DNA of 33,072 bases from contig JAVHPX010000044.1 in the NCBI GenBank assembly GCA_036170795.1, positions 3,462 through 36,533 on the forward strand, read 5' to 3'. The stretch comes from Minisyncoccota bacterium. GTDB lineage: Bacteria > Patescibacteriota > Minisyncoccia > Phycocordibacterales > UBA9973. A program made the translations under genes and the position numbers. Shown here piece after piece: positions 8,817-18,451 of this stretch (the first letter of the stretch is position 1; each line of letters starts with the position of its first letter). Under the pieces are notes generated by a model. It did no database searches, had not been told where the DNA came from, and saw nothing but the letters and a program-made list of their open reading frames with translations.

Positions 8817-11800
8817 TTATAACGATTCATTTACATTATCAGAAACAACTTGTTTGGCTTTACGTATACGTTTTACACCAAATCCAGTTCCAGCTGGAAT
8901 AAGATTTCCTATAATGACATTTTCTTTAAGCCCTCGTAAATTATCAATTCCACCACGGATAGCATTGTTTATAAGGACACGGTTTGTATTTTGAAATGAT
9001 GCTGCAGAGAGCCAGCTTTTTGTAGTAAGAGACACTTCTGTAATTCCAAGAACAATTGTATCTGCTGTAGCTATTTTACCATTATTTTCATCTGTAATAC
9101 GATCATTTTCTTCAATCAATTCAATAGCTTCTACTATCTCACCAGGAGAAAATGTAGTATCACCAGCATCTTTAATCTTTTTACGAGAAAACATCTGACG
9201 AATAATTATTTCAATATGTTTTCGAGAAATAGAAGCACTCTGAAGGTCATAAACTTTATTTATTTCATTAACAATGTAATCTTCAGCAACCTCTTTACCA
9301 CCATGTTTAACAATTTCATTTATATCAGCAGATCCATCTGTCAATAAATCACCACGTGCAACCTTATCACCTACTTTAACAAGTGGCTGACGACGAAATG
9401 CAACTGTATATTCAACTTCATTTGTAGTTTTACCAGCTTGTAAACTTACTTTATTTAAAGGAGATATATCTGATAAAACTTTTATAATTTTTTCTTTACC
9501 ATTGTCATTTATATCTATAACTTCACCCGAAGTGATAGATATAATAGCTGGATTCTTTGGTATACGTCGTTCAAAAATTTCTTCAACACGAGGTAATCCT
9601 GTAGTAATATCAACAGTAGCAACACCTCCAGCGTGAAAAGTACGAAGAGTAAGCTGTGTACCTGGTTCACCTATTGCTTGGGCCGCAATAATTCCAACCG
9701 CTTGTCCAAGTTCAATCATACAATTACGACCAAGGTCTAATCCGTAACACATACGACAAATACCATGAGTTGTCTCACATGACAAAGGAGTCCTAACATA
9801 AGCTTCTGTTATTCCCATTTTTTCAAGAGCTCTTGCATCTTCTTTCATTATTAATGACCCTTTTTTAAATATAACTTTATTATCTTTATCTTTAATATCA
9901 GAAAGTAAAACACGTCCGTGTATATACTTTAGAAAATTACCATCAACTGATACAATCTTTTTACCAGATTTAGTTCCACAATCTTCTTCAGTAACAACAA
10001 CATCCTGAGCAACATCAACAAGCCTACGTGTTAGATATCCAGCCTTTGCTGTATTAAGAGCAGTATCAGCAGCACCCTTACGAGAACCGTGAGTAGTGAT
10101 AAAGTATTCAAGAGGAGAAAGACCTTCTAAATATGATGGGATAACAGGAAAATCTAAAGTTGCCCCAGATGTATTTACTATTAATCCTTTCATTCCACAC
10201 ATTTGTACAAGAGAACTCATACTACCTCGAGCTCCTGATGTAACAAGATCATAAGTCGAACCTTTTATATCAAGTGTTGCTGGTATAATCTTCTCAATCT
10301 CTTTTTTAACATGCTCCCAGATTTCAATAACTTTTTGATATTGTTCATCAATAGATAATAAACCATCTTTAAATTGTTCTCGTACTATTTCTTCTTCTTT
10401 ACGTCCAGTATCAACTATAAATTTCTTACCTTCTGGAACTCTAATATTATCAATACCCCAAGTAACACCTGAATATGTAGCGTATTGAAAACCAAAATCT
10501 TTAATCTTATCTAGAACTTTCGGAGTTTCGTCAATCCCATAATGCATAATAAGTTCATCAACAAGTAACGACATACGCTTAATAGTTATTTCTTCATTCA
10601 TATAAGGAAAATTATCAGGGAAAATACTATTAAAAAATAATCTTCCAACTGTCGTTTCAAATGGGATACCATTGAATACATTGTAGCGAGTTGTTTCACT
10701 GCCTAGAACTTTAATTTTTGCTCGAAATGTAATTACACCTAAATCAAAAGCTGTAATTGCTTGATTGGGACTTGCAAAAGACATACCTTCACCATGCTCT
10801 CCATCTACAGATTTTGTCATCCAATAACAACCAAGAATCATATCCATCTTTGGCATAACGATTGGAGCACCATCTTGAGGTTTAAGAAGATTTTTATTTG
10901 ATGCTATATAATCACGAGCTTCATCCTGAGCTCTATCAGAAAGTGGTACATAAACAGCCATTTGATCTCCATCAAAGTCAGCATTAAAACCAGCACAAAC
11001 AAGTGGGTGTACTTGAATAGCATTACCTTCAATAAGAATAGGGTTAAAGGCTTGAATACCTAAACGATGAAGCGTAGGAGCACGATTTAGAAGAACATAT
11101 TTACCATGAATAACTTCTTCTAAGATTGCCCAAACTTCAGGAATTCCTTCTTCGATTAATTTATTTGCTCCACGAATGTTAAATGCAAGTTCTGTCTCTA
11201 AAATTTTTGAGATAACAAATGGACGAAAAAGTTCAAGAACCATATGTTTTGGTAACCCACATTGGTTTAGTTTCAAATTAGGACCAACAACGATAACTGA
11301 ACGTCCTGAATAGTCTACTCGTTTACCAAGTAAATTTTGACGAAATAATCCTTGTTTTGATTTCAAATTATCAGAAAGTGATTTAAGCGCACGTTTCTGT
11401 GAAGCTGAAACAGCCTGAGAATCATTTTGTTTAGCAATAGAGTTATCAATTAAAGCATCACAAGCTTCTTGAAGAATACGTTTTTCATTACGAAGAATAA
11501 CATCAGGTGCACCTATTTCTTTTAATTTCTTTAGACGATTATTACGATTTATAACACGACGATACAAATCATTTAAATCACTTGTAGCATGACGACCTCC
11601 ATCAAGAGCTACCATGGGACGAAGTGCTGGAGGAATAATAGGAATTACTGTAAGAAACATCCATTCAGGGCGAATTCCAGAGGCAAGCATAGAACGAATA
11701 AGGGACATACGTTTACCAAGCTTTTCTTTTTCAATAGAACTTGCTTTTGGAATCATTCCCATAGTTTCATTTTTAAGTTTTTCTAAATCAAGATTTTTGA

Positions 11801-12464
11801 AAAGAATAAATATAGCCTCAGCTCCAATACTTGCTTCAAAACAAGATCCATACTTAAGACCAAAATGATGATATGAAATTTCATTTAGAACTTTTCCAAC
11901 AACAATATCACCTATCTCATGTTTTGTATTTAATAAAAGTTCTTTTAATTTATCCTTTGATTCTTCATCTGGTGCATTTTTAACTTTCGCCTTAAATTCA
12001 CTTTCAAGGTTTTTAATTATATTTTCTTTTTCTTCTTCATAAACATTTGTAATAATGTAACCAGCAAAATATATAACCTTTTCTAGATCAGAAACAGGAA
12101 TATTTAAAAGAATAGACATACGAGAAGGTACTCCGCGAAGAAACCAAATATGAGCGACAGGTGACGCAAGTTCAATATGACCCATACGATCACGACGTAC
12201 TATAGAGCGAGTCACTTCTACTCCACACTTTTCACAAATTATATCTTTATAACGAATACGTCGATATTTACCACAATAACATTCATAATCTTTTTCTGGT
12301 CCAAATATACGTTCATCAAAAAGTCCACTTCTCTCCGAACGACCAGTACGATAATTAATCGTTTCTGGTTTAGTAACTTCACCATATGACCATTCACGAA
12401 TACGATCAGGAGAAGCCAATTTAAGCGTGATTGAATCAAAGTCTGTTGTGTCAATTGTTTTCAT
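8817..12464 (-). CDS. rpoC: DNA-directed RNA polymerase subunit beta prime
   Basis: 1215 aa with the catalytic NADFDGDQM motif and a conserved N-terminus including the zinc-binding CYCGKY...CEKCGV. Confidence 0.98.
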   Translation of the reverse strand: MKTIDTTDFDSITLKLASPDRIREWSYGEVTKPETINYRTGRSERSGLFDERIFGPEKDYECYCGKYRRIRYKDIICEKCGVEVTRSIVRRDRMGHIELASPVAHIWFLRGVPSRMSILLNIPVSDLEKVIYFAGYIITNVYEEEKENIIKNLESEFKAKVKNAPDEESKDKLKELLLNTKHEIGDIVVGKVLNEISYHHFGLKYGSCFEASIGAEAIFILFKNLDLEKLKNETMGMIPKASSIEKEKLGKRMSLIRSMLASGIRPEWMFLTVIPIIPPALRPMVALDGGRHATSDLNDLYRRVINRNNRLKKLKEIGAPDVILRNEKRILQEACDALIDNSIAKQNDSQAVSASQKRALKSLSDNLKSKQGLFRQNLLGKRVDYSGRSVIVVGPNLKLNQCGLPKHMVLELFRPFVISKILETELAFNIRGANKLIEEGIPEVWAILEEVIHGKYVLLNRAPTLHRLGIQAFNPILIEGNAIQVHPLVCAGFNADFDGDQMAVYVPLSDRAQDEARDYIASNKNLLKPQDGAPIVMPKMDMILGCYWMTKSVDGEHGEGMSFASPNQAITAFDLGVITFRAKIKVLGSETTRYNVFNGIPFETTVGRLFFNSIFPDNFPYMNEEITIKRMSLLVDELIMHYGIDETPKVLDKIKDFGFQYATYSGVTWGIDNIRVPEGKKFIVDTGRKEEEIVREQFKDGLLSIDEQYQKVIEIWEHVKKEIEKIIPATLDIKGSTYDLVTSGARGSMSSLVQMCGMKGLIVNTSGATLDFPVIPSYLEGLSPLEYFITTHGSRKGAADTALNTAKAGYLTRRLVDVAQDVVVTEEDCGTKSGKKIVSVDGNFLKYIHGRVLLSDIKDKDNKVIFKKGSLIMKEDARALEKMGITEAYVRTPLSCETTHGICRMCYGLDLGRNCMIELGQAVGIIAAQAIGEPGTQLTLRTFHAGGVATVDITTGLPRVEEIFERRIPKNPAIISITSGEVIDINDNGKEKIIKVLSDISPLNKVSLQAGKTTNEVEYTVAFRRQPLVKVGDKVARGDLLTDGSADINEIVKHGGKEVAEDYIVNEINKVYDLQSASISRKHIEIIIRQMFSRKKIKDAGDTTFSPGEIVEAIELIEENDRITDENNGKIATADTIVLGITEVSLTTKSWLSAASFQNTNRVLINNAIRGGIDNLRGLKENVIIGNLIPAGTGFGVKRIRKAKQVVSDNVNESL

Positions 12465-12485
12465 AATATGTAATGTTATTGATAA

Positions 12486-15400
12486 TTATTCTTCCGACTT
12501 TCTAAGGTCAACATCGAGAGCAAGACCACGAAGGTAGTTAAGCAAGACATTAAATGAAGCTGGCACATTGGGCTCTCCAATTGTTTGGCCTTTAATAATT
12601 GCATCAAATGTTTGACTTCGACCCATAATATCATCAGACTTTATTGTAAGCATTTCACGAAGAGTATAAGCAGCGCCATGACCTTCAAGAGCCCAAACCT
12701 CCATTTCTCCGAATCTCTGTCCTCCACCTTGTGCTTTACCTCCAAGTGGTTGTTGAGTAATAAGAGAATATGGACCAACTGAACGCATATGCAATTTATC
12801 TTCAACCATATGATGTAACTTCAACATATACATATATCCAATAGCAATATCTTGATCAAAAGCATCACCTGTACGACCATCATAAAGTGTAATCTTACCA
12901 CTCTCAGGTAATCCAGACTTAACTAATTCAGCTTTAATTTCTAAAACTGTTGCTGATAAAAATGGAGGAACAATCGCTTGATAACCAAGAGCGTTCGCTG
13001 CATAACCTAGATGCATTTCAAGTATTTGACCAAGATTCATACGAGATGGCACTCCGAGAGGTGTAAGAATTAAATCAATAGGAGTTCCATCTGCCATATA
13101 TGGCATTTCTTCTTCTGGAAGTATTACCGATATAACACCCTTGTTTCCATGACGTCCTGAAAGTTTGTCTCCAACAGAAATATTTCTGATTTGAGCAATT
13201 TCAACAACAATCTTTTTAATAATTCCTGATTCTAGATTATGACCCAAGTCACGTGAGAATATTTTTACCCCAACAACACGACCACGTTTACCGTGTTCAA
13301 GACGAAGTGACGTATCCTTTACATCGCGAGCTTTTTCAGTAAATATTGACCTAAGAAGTCGTTCTTCTGGAGTAAGTTCTGTTTCACCTTTCGGAGTAAT
13401 TTTACCAACAATGATATCATTTTCATGAATTTCAGCTCCAACAACAATAATACCATCTTCATCCAAATCTTTTAATTTATTTTCACCAACATTTGGAATA
13501 TCACGAGTGGTTATTTCAGGTCCTAATTTTGTATCACGAACATTACAAACAAACTCTGTTACATAAATACTAGTAAACTTACTTGTTTTAACAAGTCGTT
13601 CTGAAATTATAATCGCATCTTCATAATTAGCACCTCCCCATGACATAAATGCTGTAAGAACATTTTGTCCAAGAGCAATCTGCCCATGATCAGTTGTACT
13701 AGTATCAGCCAATACTTGACCTTTTTTAATCTTATCGCCAATTGATACATTTGGACGTTGATGTAATATAGAAAAATTATTTGTACGCGAAAATGTAATA
13801 AGTGTATATGTGTGATCTTTACCTTTATCATCCTTAACAATAATCTTCTTTGCATCAACATAAGTAACAGTACCAACAACTTCTGATATTATTAAACGTC
13901 CAGAATCACGTGATGCTAATTCTTCCATACCAGTTGCGACAAGAGGTGCTTCAGGTATAACACAAGGCAATGCCTGCTTTTGCATGTTTGTTCCCATAAG
14001 TGCTCGATGTGCATCATCATGTTCAAGAAATGGAATCATTGAAGTTGCTACTGAGAATGCTTGATTGGTAGCTACATCAACAAAATCAATTTCTTCTCGT
14101 GCAATAATACCAGGATTTGTTTTTATACGAGCTTCAACTTTATCTTCTGTAATATTACCTTTATCATCATAAGCAAGTCCTGCATGCGCTATATTATATT
14201 GCTCTTCTTCAAGAGCATTCATATATACAACTTCATTTGTTATTTTACCATTTTTTACTTTTATATATGGAGTTTCAATAATACCAAATTCATTAATTTT
14301 AGCGTATGTTGAAAGACTAAGAATAAGTCCAATGTTAGGACCTTCTGGTGTATGTATTGGACATACTCGGCCATAGTGAGATGTATGAACATCACGAACT
14401 TCAAGACCTGCACGTTCACGTGTTAAACCACCAGGACCAAGCGCTGAGAGTCTACGTAAATGCTCAACTTCAGCCATAACATTTTCTTGATTCATAAATT
14501 GTGAAAGCTGGTTAGCAGTAAAGAATTCTTTAATCCGAGCTTGCAATGGTCGTTGATTTATAATCTGAATTGGAAGTGTTGTACCAACATCAATTGTCGA
14601 CATACGATCTTGAATATTTCTTTTTATTTGAGCCATACCCATACGGATCTTTTGTTGCAACATCTCACCAACATAACGAACACGGCGTTGTCCAAGATGA
14701 TCAATATCATCAGCCTTAGCATGTAATGTATTATTAAGTTCTACAATATTCTTAATGATAGAGATAACATCATCGGATGAAATTGTACGGCGTTCCATTT
14801 CTTTTTCATCCATACTTTTATTAAAACGTTTATTAAAACGAAATCTTCCTACAGGGGAAAGATCATAACGCTCATTTGAAAGTAATATTGTAATAAATTC
14901 ACGTGCATTATCTGGAGTTGCAAGATCGCCATCACGAAGACGCTTATATATCTCTATAAATGAATCAGAAAGGTTTTTTGCTGGATCTTTTTCAAGACAA
15001 ATATTAATAGATTTCAATAATTCTTCTCCTTCAGAATTATTAGATTTTCCAAATGCTTTCACAATAGCTTCATCACTAGAAAGACCAAGTACTCGCAAAA
15101 GTGAAGTTACAGCAAATTTACGTTTTTTATCAATACGAACATAGATAGCACCATCAGGGTCAGATTCAATTTCAATCCAAACTCCACGCGCAGGAATAAT
15201 CTTTGCTCCAAAATATCTTTTACTTTTTGATTCTTGTTCTGTAAAAAATACTCCAAATGATCGTGTAAGCTGAGGAACAATTACACGTTCTACTCCATTA
15301 ATAATAAAAGTACCGTGCTTAGTCATCAATGGGACATCAGCCATAAATATTTCCTGCTCTTTAGAAGTTCCGATAGCTTTATTTAAAAGTTTAACACGAA

Positions 15401-15671
15401 TTTTAAGCTGACCTTCATAAGTCAATTTATTAATTTTAGTATATTCTTCGTCAAATTTTGGTTCACCAAGAGAAAATGATGTAAAATCAAGTTGAAACTT
15501 TTTATCTGAGTAATCATTAATAGGAGAAAATTCTTTAAAAACTTCACCAATTCCTTTCTCCACTAACCAATTAAATGACACTAACTGATTTTCAATTAAA
15601 TTTGGAAATTCAATCAATGGCTTTTTATAACGTGCAAAATATTTTTTTTCTCGTATTGCTGTTTTTTTCAT
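12486..15671 (-). CDS. rpoB: DNA-directed RNA polymerase subunit beta
   Basis: 1061 aa with conserved blocks such as GRHGNKGV, PSRMNLGQ and GGQRFGEMEVWALE. Confidence 0.98.
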   Translation of the reverse strand: MKKTAIREKKYFARYKKPLIEFPNLIENQLVSFNWLVEKGIGEVFKEFSPINDYSDKKFQLDFTSFSLGEPKFDEEYTKINKLTYEGQLKIRVKLLNKAIGTSKEQEIFMADVPLMTKHGTFIINGVERVIVPQLTRSFGVFFTEQESKSKRYFGAKIIPARGVWIEIESDPDGAIYVRIDKKRKFAVTSLLRVLGLSSDEAIVKAFGKSNNSEGEELLKSINICLEKDPAKNLSDSFIEIYKRLRDGDLATPDNAREFITILLSNERYDLSPVGRFRFNKRFNKSMDEKEMERRTISSDDVISIIKNIVELNNTLHAKADDIDHLGQRRVRYVGEMLQQKIRMGMAQIKRNIQDRMSTIDVGTTLPIQIINQRPLQARIKEFFTANQLSQFMNQENVMAEVEHLRRLSALGPGGLTRERAGLEVRDVHTSHYGRVCPIHTPEGPNIGLILSLSTYAKINEFGIIETPYIKVKNGKITNEVVYMNALEEEQYNIAHAGLAYDDKGNITEDKVEARIKTNPGIIAREEIDFVDVATNQAFSVATSMIPFLEHDDAHRALMGTNMQKQALPCVIPEAPLVATGMEELASRDSGRLIISEVVGTVTYVDAKKIIVKDDKGKDHTYTLITFSRTNNFSILHQRPNVSIGDKIKKGQVLADTSTTDHGQIALGQNVLTAFMSWGGANYEDAIIISERLVKTSKFTSIYVTEFVCNVRDTKLGPEITTRDIPNVGENKLKDLDEDGIIVVGAEIHENDIIVGKITPKGETELTPEERLLRSIFTEKARDVKDTSLRLEHGKRGRVVGVKIFSRDLGHNLESGIIKKIVVEIAQIRNISVGDKLSGRHGNKGVISVILPEEEMPYMADGTPIDLILTPLGVPSRMNLGQILEMHLGYAANALGYQAIVPPFLSATVLEIKAELVKSGLPESGKITLYDGRTGDAFDQDIAIGYMYMLKLHHMVEDKLHMRSVGPYSLITQQPLGGKAQGGGQRFGEMEVWALEGHGAAYTLREMLTIKSDDIMGRSQTFDAIIKGQTIGEPNVPASFNVLLNYLRGLALDVDLRKSEE

Positions 15672-15848
15672 ACAAAATAAAGCTTTAAAAAGCTAATAAA
15701 AAACACCAAGGTGACCAAACCTTACTGTTTTGGAATGTTATTAAAATTGGCAGTTATATTGTTTTAACACAAAGTTTGCCTTTTACTGCATACTTACTTT
15801 TAAATAGTGATTGATAGCCATTACTCAATCGTGGTTTCACTGGGTATT

Positions 15849-15877
15849 ATCTTATCGGATTAATATATTAAAGTCAA
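15849..15877 (-). promoter_or_regulatory. Weak candidate promoter for rpoB (long 5' UTR)
   Basis: Minus strand reads TTGACT (15877-15872), 17 nt, then TAAGAT (15854-15849). This would give a leader of about 170 nt. Hits like this are easy to get by chance in AT-rich DNA. Confidence 0.25.
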
Positions 15878-15950
15878 GTGGATAATTACTTTATAATTAT
15901 TCTAGGTTAAATCTAAGAAAATTCAGACATCGTTATATTTTCAAATATAT

Positions 15951-15988
15951 AAACAAAAAGCCCTCAGAATTATTTCCATAATCTGAGG
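15951..15988 (-). terminator. Intrinsic terminator after the lipoprotein gene
   Basis: The stem is cctcaga/tctgagg plus 4 AT pairs after a 1-nt bulge (15962-15988). On the minus strand it is followed by GCTTTTTGTTT. Confidence 0.5.
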
Positions 15989-16023
15989 ACTCATTTAGTT
16001 CGATTAACTTTAAAAAAAATTAC

Positions 16024-16626
16024 TTACTTATAACACCAGAAAAACTGCGGATACCAGTTATATATAAATCTTTGGTAGTATATACCAAAGGTATATTCTC
16101 TGTTAGTAGCTAGGTCATAAGTGTTACCGTTCAAATTGAAAGCTGCTATTTCATCCCCGTATCCAAAGTTTATTTTTATTGTAGAATCGTAACAATAAGT
16201 ATTCCAGGAAAAATTATTATTAGCCCCGTATTGTTCAGCAGCAGCAGTCGCATATTGGAATGGTGCTAATTTCCAATTTCTATCTGGTCCTTCAAGGTTT
16301 GCAATTTGAGCACTCAATGGACCACCAAAATATGATTGTACTGAAAATATCCTTCTTGAAGTGGTGTCATTGAAATTTTTCCCAGCCAACTTTTGTCTGG
16401 CATCATTACCACCAGAACTATCAACTAAAAATTTTCCGGCAATGGCATTAAAATTTTTTGCCAAATACCTTGTGTCTACGCGCAGGCCGAACCATGTACG
16501 ACCATTTTCGGTGAATGAATCAATCTTAGTTGGTGGTGGTATATATTGAACCGCTATTTCTTTTTGACAGCTTACTAAAAAAATTAGTGCAATTACTACA
16601 ATTGCGAAGATTGGGAGTTTTTTCAT
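16024..16626 (-). CDS. Orphan lipoprotein (no recognisable family)
   Basis: The ORF is open to 16704, but the internal Met at 16626 gives a classic lipoprotein signal, MKKLPIFAIVVIALIFLVSC (lipobox LVSC). The mature part is Asn/Gly/aromatic-rich and ends in WYPQFFWCYK. Confidence 0.6.
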   Translation of the reverse strand: MKKLPIFAIVVIALIFLVSCQKEIAVQYIPPPTKIDSFTENGRTWFGLRVDTRYLAKNFNAIAGKFLVDSSGGNDARQKLAGKNFNDTTSRRIFSVQSYFGGPLSAQIANLEGPDRNWKLAPFQYATAAAEQYGANNNFSWNTYCYDSTIKINFGYGDEIAAFNLNGNTYDLATNREYTFGIYYQRFIYNWYPQFFWCYK

Positions 16627-16848
16627 CGTCTTTGTTTTGTTTTTTGGTTTTAAATTTTGTTTAAAGAGAGAGTTTCGATTTCCATGATTGAAAAGCAAAA
16701 CCATCTCTTTAATCTCAAAAAAACCATTATTTTCAAAGGTCTAAACTTACAAATTCGGTCTTACCTTAACACATTACAATACAAAAGTCAAACACACATG
16801 AAATCGATTTCGTCTATACTTTAATTTAGTAGATACCTATTATTTAAT

Positions 16849-17541
16849 CTATTTTTCAGTCTTTTTAGACTGTTTCCACTCTTCTATATCAGCATGGTTG
16901 CCAGAAAGAAGCACCTTCGGGACTTTATATTTCTTTTTGTTGTGAATGAGGACTTCAGGTCTTGTGTAAACTTCGCTTGTTGATACTCGCTCTTCTTCAC
17001 GAGAATCAAAGTTACCAAGTACGCCTTCTACTTGGCGAGAGATTGAGTCAATAAGTACCATGGCTGGGATTTCTCCGCCTGTTAGCACATAGTCCCCTAT
17101 TGAGAACTTTTGGGTTTTGAGAATTTTATCAACACGAGCATCAATTCCTTCGTATCGTCCGCAGATCATAATAACGTCAGTATATTTTTTAGAAATATTT
17201 TTGGCGACTGGCGTTGTAAACTTTTCTGCAAATGGTACAAAATTAATCGTCATAATTTTTGTATCTTTTTTCTTTTGTATTTTAGTTACAACTTTCTCTA
17301 CAGCTTTTATTATCGGTTCAGCCATCATCACCATACCCGGACCTCCAGCATACGGTCGCTCATCGACTTGGCGCGAGATGTTACCATCCGGCCAGACTTT
17401 TTTATACTTACCTGAGACTAACATCCGAGGATTAACAAATGAAACAGAAATCTTTTTCTCCCGTATTGCCCGCCCTAAAATAGACTCACCTAAGTATGAA
17501 TCGAACATTTCTGGAAATAATGTGATAATATAGAAATTCAT
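16849..17541 (-). CDS. trmD: tRNA (guanine37-N1)-methyltransferase
   Basis: 230 aa with N-terminal FYIITLFPEMF, followed by ICGRYEGIDARV and GDYVLTGGE. Confidence 0.95.
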   Translation of the reverse strand: MNFYIITLFPEMFDSYLGESILGRAIREKKISVSFVNPRMLVSGKYKKVWPDGNISRQVDERPYAGGPGMVMMAEPIIKAVEKVVTKIQKKKDTKIMTINFVPFAEKFTTPVAKNISKKYTDVIMICGRYEGIDARVDKILKTQKFSIGDYVLTGGEIPAMVLIDSISRQVEGVLGNFDSREEERVSTSEVYTRPEVLIHNKKKYKVPKVLLSGNHADIEEWKQSKKTEK

Positions 17542-17547
17542 AAAGTG

Positions 17548-17556
17548 ACTATATCA
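17548..17556 (-). promoter_or_regulatory. Extended -10 element directly upstream of trmD (leaderless candidate)
   Basis: Minus strand reads TGaTATAGT (17556-17548), then a 6-nt gap (CACTTT), then the ATG at 17541. Confidence 0.4.
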
Positions 17557-17566
17557 TAAAATAAAG

Positions 17567-17587
17567 AAAAAACCCTATTCATTAGGG
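17567..17587 (-). terminator. Small intrinsic terminator after the KH-domain gene
   Basis: A 5-bp GC-rich stem ccta-type (cccta 17573-17577 / taggg 17583-17587) with a 5-nt loop. A run of 6 T follows on the minus strand (plus-strand A run 17567-17572). Confidence 0.4.
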
Positions 17588-17604
17588 CATTTTCTTTATT
17601 TTAA

Positions 17605-17946
17605 TTATATTCCTTTCAAATCATTTAATGCTGCATCTACACTTCTTGATGCTTCACCTGATGATTGTGTTTTAGGTGTTTGAGTATATTCCTGTGTTCC
17701 TCCTTCTGGTTCATTAATTTTCAAATTTACACGAGCATTATTCTTCATTCCAATAACACGAAGTAGCGTGCGAATCGCTTTTGCCGTATTACCTTGACGA
17801 CCGATAATTTTACCCATATCAGCCGCATTTACTGTCATTGTAATTAATACACCCATTTCATCTACTGTTCTGTCTATCTTAACATCATTTGGATTATCAA
17901 CTAATGCTTTTACAACATATTCAAGAAATGCTTTATCATCTGTCAT
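17605..17946 (-). CDS. KH-domain RNA-binding protein (UPF0109 / KhpA-like) with C-terminal extension
   Basis: 113 aa. AFLEYVVKALVDNPNDVKI...GKIIGRQGNTAKAIRTLL contains the GxxG KH motif. The gene sits in the usual rpsP-KH-trmD neighbourhood. Confidence 0.85.
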   Translation of the reverse strand: MTDDKAFLEYVVKALVDNPNDVKIDRTVDEMGVLITMTVNAADMGKIIGRQGNTAKAIRTLLRVIGMKNNARVNLKINEPEGGTQEYTQTPKTQSSGEASRSVDAALNDLKGI

Positions 17947-18081
17947 ATTATTCTTATAGTATTAACTCATAATATAATGCAGTGTATCGACTACAACCTG
18001 CACTATTTTATTATATCATAACTTTATAATAACAAAAATATATTTACTTTCAATGAAACCCTTTAATTAATACAAATATTT

Positions 18082-18387
18082 CTATGTTTTTTTAAGATTT
18101 TTACGAACTTTTGTAGGAGACTTTTTAGATAAAACATTTTTCTTCTGCCCAGAAATTATCTTTTGATGAACAAGAAAATTATAAACAGTATCTGAAGTTT
18201 GTGCACCATTACTAATCCAATATTTTATACGATCTTCTTTAAACAAAACTTCCCCACTCTTTAAATTATATGAACCAAGAATTTCTTTAAATTTACCACT
18301 CTTTGTTGCATTTTTTGAATCAGTCAAAACAACCCTAAATGCTGGATCATTTTTACGACCTATTCTTTGTAATCTAATCATTAACAT
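18082..18387 (-). CDS. rpsP: 30S ribosomal protein S16
   Basis: MLMIRLQRIGRKNDPAFRVVLTDS matches the S16 N-terminus. The upstream in-frame extension to 18423 (MIHIFFYVTILI) looks spurious and overlaps the predicted promoter. Confidence 0.88.
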   Translation of the reverse strand: MLMIRLQRIGRKNDPAFRVVLTDSKNATKSGKFKEILGSYNLKSGEVLFKEDRIKYWISNGAQTSDTVYNFLVHQKIISGQKKNVLSKKSPTKVRKNLKKT

Positions 18388-18394
18388 AATAAGT

Positions 18395-18423
18395 ATCGTA
18401 ACATAAAAGAATATATGAATCAA
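18395..18423 (-). promoter_or_regulatory. rpsP promoter (leaderless candidate)
   Basis: Minus strand reads TTGATT (18423-18418), 17 nt, then TGtTACGAT (extended -10, 18403-18395). A 7-nt gap precedes the ATG at 18387. Confidence 0.45.
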
Positions 18424-18436
18424 GTATATTATTTTA

Positions 18437-18445
18437 TGGTATACT
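18437..18445 (+). promoter_or_regulatory. rnr extended -10 promoter element (leaderless candidate)
   Basis: TGgTATACT at 18437-18445, then a 6-nt gap, then the ATG at 18452. Confidence 0.45.
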
Positions 18446-18451
18446 GCAAAT

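Noticed and set aside
8817-15671. Inteins, programmed frameshifts or split genes in rpoB, rpoC, dnaG and gyrB.
   Set aside because: The proteins are at or below typical lengths, and conserved motifs are contiguous in single frames. No Cys/Ser...HN intein-like junction blocks were noticed.
16024-16626. Possible horizontally acquired island, based on locally GC-richer stretches in the lipoprotein gene.
   Set aside because: Hand counts over nine 60-nt lines gave about 36% GC. That is close to a hand count of about 38% on a single 60-nt line of rpoB. There is therefore no compositional evidence for foreign origin, and no integrase, flanking direct repeats or tRNA.
16627-16704. Longer N-terminal versions of four ORFs: 16704 (lipoprotein), 18423 (rpsP), 32372 (cohesin-like) and 26246 (thrS).
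   Set aside because: Internal Met codons give canonical N-termini: a lipoprotein signal, the S16 MLMIRLQR start, and a signal peptide with ATGA coupling. The extensions overlap predicted promoter elements. The thrS choice remains the least certain.
17110-17533. Long antisense or alternative-frame ORFs inside conserved genes. They lie within the GT2 and GT-C genes (1000-1221, 2268-2519), rpoD/dnaG (6846-7253), rpoC (11589-11868, 12177-12454), rpoB (13607-13879, 14061-14312), trmD (17110-17533), smc (22127-22519, 24044-24310), nusB (25027-25866), the 304-aa ORF (28466-28813) and gyrB (29008-29387).
   Set aside because: All are nested within strongly supported conserved CDSs. Their translations are low in complexity or compositionally odd (Phe/Ile/Ser-rich). 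Such ORFs arise by chance in AT-rich DNA, and they have no independent start or promoter signals.
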